Assembly: GCA_963825135.1 (NCBI GenBank)
Contig: CAWGRW010000010.1
Location: 128,001 to 192,000, forward strand
Reading direction: 5' to 3'
DNA: 64,000 nucleotides
Source: an uncultured bacterium
GTDB taxonomy: Bacteria; Desulfobacterota_D; UBA1144; Nemesobacterales; UBA2774
Of the stretch, positions 62,280 to 64,000 are shown piece by piece (within the stretch, counting starts at the first letter, position 1; each line of letters begins with the position of its first letter). A program made the translations under genes and the position numbers. Below the pieces are notes generated by a model, which did not search any database, had not been told where the DNA came from, and saw only the letters and a program-made list of their open reading frames with translations.

Positions 62280-63908
62280 ATGAAATCAAGAAGAGCCTCG
62301 CTCGTCCTGGCGCTCGCAGTCATAGCCGCATTCGCCTTCGTCCTCGGCCGCAATGATAGCGCAGACTCCGCTGATACCGGCATCCCGCCCGGCATCAAGG
62401 CGATATTCGACAAGCCCGCTTACAAGAGCGCAACATGGGGCCTTCGGTTAGTGGACCTCGAAACGGGCAATGTGCTCATCGACGTGAAACCGGATTACAA
62501 CTTCTTCATTGGCTCCGTACGGAAAGTATTTTCCGTTGGCCGGCTCCTGAATCAAATCGGTGCGGGACACAAATTCGTCACGCCGATATACAAGCATGGC
62601 AATGTGAACAGCTCAGGCGTGCTGGACGGCGAGCTCATACTCGTCGCGTCGGGCGACCTCACCATGGGCGGACGCACGGAGGCTAACGGCAAGATTGCTG
62701 TAACAGATTTCGACCATAACGAATCGGACTCTCTCGGCAACTCCCAGCTCACGAAGCCCGACCCGCTCCAGGGTTACGAGGCTCTCGCCCGGCAGGTCGC
62801 GGCGGCGGGCATCAAGCAGGTTAACGACGTCGTCATAGACGACAGGCTCTTCCAGCCTTTCCCCTTCAGGAACGAGGGCAATTTCGCGATAAGACCGATA
62901 TTCGTGAACGACGACTGCGTCGATCTCATAATCAATCCTTCGAGCCCCGGTGAGCCGGTATCCCTTGACTGGCGGCCCAAATCGGCCGCTCTCACTCCCG
63001 TCAACAAGGCGGCGACGAGCGGACCGGACACCGATTTTACGATCGGGCTCGAGCCGGAATTCCCGCCGTGCATCGGCAGTCCCGGCTGCAAGGCGGCTAT
63101 CACCGGAGAGCTCCCCGTGAATTTCAAGCCCCCGCTCACCGGCGAGTTCCCGCTCATCAGGACCTTCAGGATAGTCGAGCCCCAGAACTACGCGCGCACG
63201 GTGCTCATCGAACAGCTCGAAAAGGCGGGCGTTAACGTGCTCGCCGACGCCGTGGCGCAAAACCCCGCGGCGCTTCTCCCGGCGAAGAACTCATACTCGC
63301 AGGACGACCTCGTAACCTCCCTCGTCTCACTCCCCTACGCGGAATACGCGAAGTTCATATTGAAGGTGAGCTACAACATAGGCGCGGACACGAGCCTCAT
63401 CCTCTGGGGCACGACGCAGGGCCTCGACAACATGGACGACTCGCTTGAGGCCGAGAGGAAGAGCCTCACGGGCAAATACGGCATACCGGGCAATGAGTTC
63501 CTCTTCGTCGACGGGAGCGGAGGCGGGGAAACGACCGCGACTAACCCCGCCGTTACGAAATGGCTCGAAATAATGACGAAGCAGCCTGTGTTCGACGCCT
63601 TCTTCGCCGCCCTTCCGATACTGGGAGTGGACGGCTCTCTCGGGTTCGTAATCGATTTCGAGAAGGACCCCACGCTCGCGGGCGCAAAGGGGCAGGTGCG
63701 CGCCAAGACCGGCACGTTCGCGGCCGGTGACGCATCGGGTCTCGTGATAAAGGGACAGGCGTTCGGCGGCTATATCGACACGAAGAGCGGCAGACGCCTT
63801 ATTTACCAGCTCGTCGTCAACAACGTGCCGATATCCGAATTCGATCAGCTGCTCGAGATATTCCAGGACGAGGGCACAATATCCGCGGTCCTCTGGCGCG
63901 ACTATTGA
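62280..63908 (+). CDS. dacB: D-alanyl-D-alanine carboxypeptidase/endopeptidase (peptidase S13, PBP4-like)
   Basis: SVRK (SxxK), SYN (SxN), DGSG, KTGT motifs. Confidence 0.9.
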   Translation: MKSRRASLVLALAVIAAFAFVLGRNDSADSADTGIPPGIKAIFDKPAYKSATWGLRLVDLETGNVLIDVKPDYNFFIGSVRKVFSVGRLLNQIGAGHKFVTPIYKHGNVNSSGVLDGELILVASGDLTMGGRTEANGKIAVTDFDHNESDSLGNSQLTKPDPLQGYEALARQVAAAGIKQVNDVVIDDRLFQPFPFRNEGNFAIRPIFVNDDCVDLIINPSSPGEPVSLDWRPKSAALTPVNKAATSGPDTDFTIGLEPEFPPCIGSPGCKAAITGELPVNFKPPLTGEFPLIRTFRIVEPQNYARTVLIEQLEKAGVNVLADAVAQNPAALLPAKNSYSQDDLVTSLVSLPYAEYAKFILKVSYNIGADTSLILWGTTQGLDNMDDSLEAERKSLTGKYGIPGNEFLFVDGSGGGETTATNPAVTKWLEIMTKQPVFDAFFAALPILGVDGSLGFVIDFEKDPTLAGAKGQVRAKTGTFAAGDASGLVIKGQAFGGYIDTKSGRRLIYQLVVNNVPISEFDQLLEIFQDEGTISAVLWRDY

Positions 63909-64000
63909 TTCGCGCGCACACACAATGTGTGTCTCTACGATTCTAGTGGAACTCCTTAGCCCGACCAATAATTTCCCTCCCCCGCAAGGGGGAGGATTAA

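Noticed and set aside
1..64000. tRNA or rRNA genes
   Set aside because: No cloverleaf/T-loop or rRNA-like conserved sequence recognised by eye; tRNAscan was not run

Overview
Accessory-rich bacterial window, mostly GC-rich. The large IPTL-CTERM expansion suggests Ca. Dadabacteria / a deltaproteobacteria-like lineage, but this is inference only. Coding content: about 19 short secreted IPTL-CTERM surface proteins plus fragments, a DevBCA/TolC-type ABC efflux operon, an arsR-arsC-aquaporin operon, an LLM oxidoreductase, a PAS/GAF hybrid kinase, dacB, hydrolases, and a prophage-like remnant. The remnant carries a CI repressor with three operators, an HTH replication protein and an AT-rich DUF5131-TcmP-TIR cargo. 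The most striking signal is non-coding: nearly every intergenic region is a layered mosaic of repeats. Layer 1 is a ~125-bp imperfect hairpin ('element A'; 22 copies plus ~17 solo left arms, all on the + strand, with compensatory base changes between two subclasses). Layer 2 is about ten families of REP-like palindromes. Layer 3 is a family of ~81-89-nt insertions ('element X'; at least 16 copies) with a covarying 5' stem-loop and a variable body, inserted into the other repeats and into each other. No transposase, integrase, RT or cas gene is visible in the window. Many single-base frameshifts suggest consensus errors or ongoing decay. Coordinates were read by eye and may be off by a few bases.
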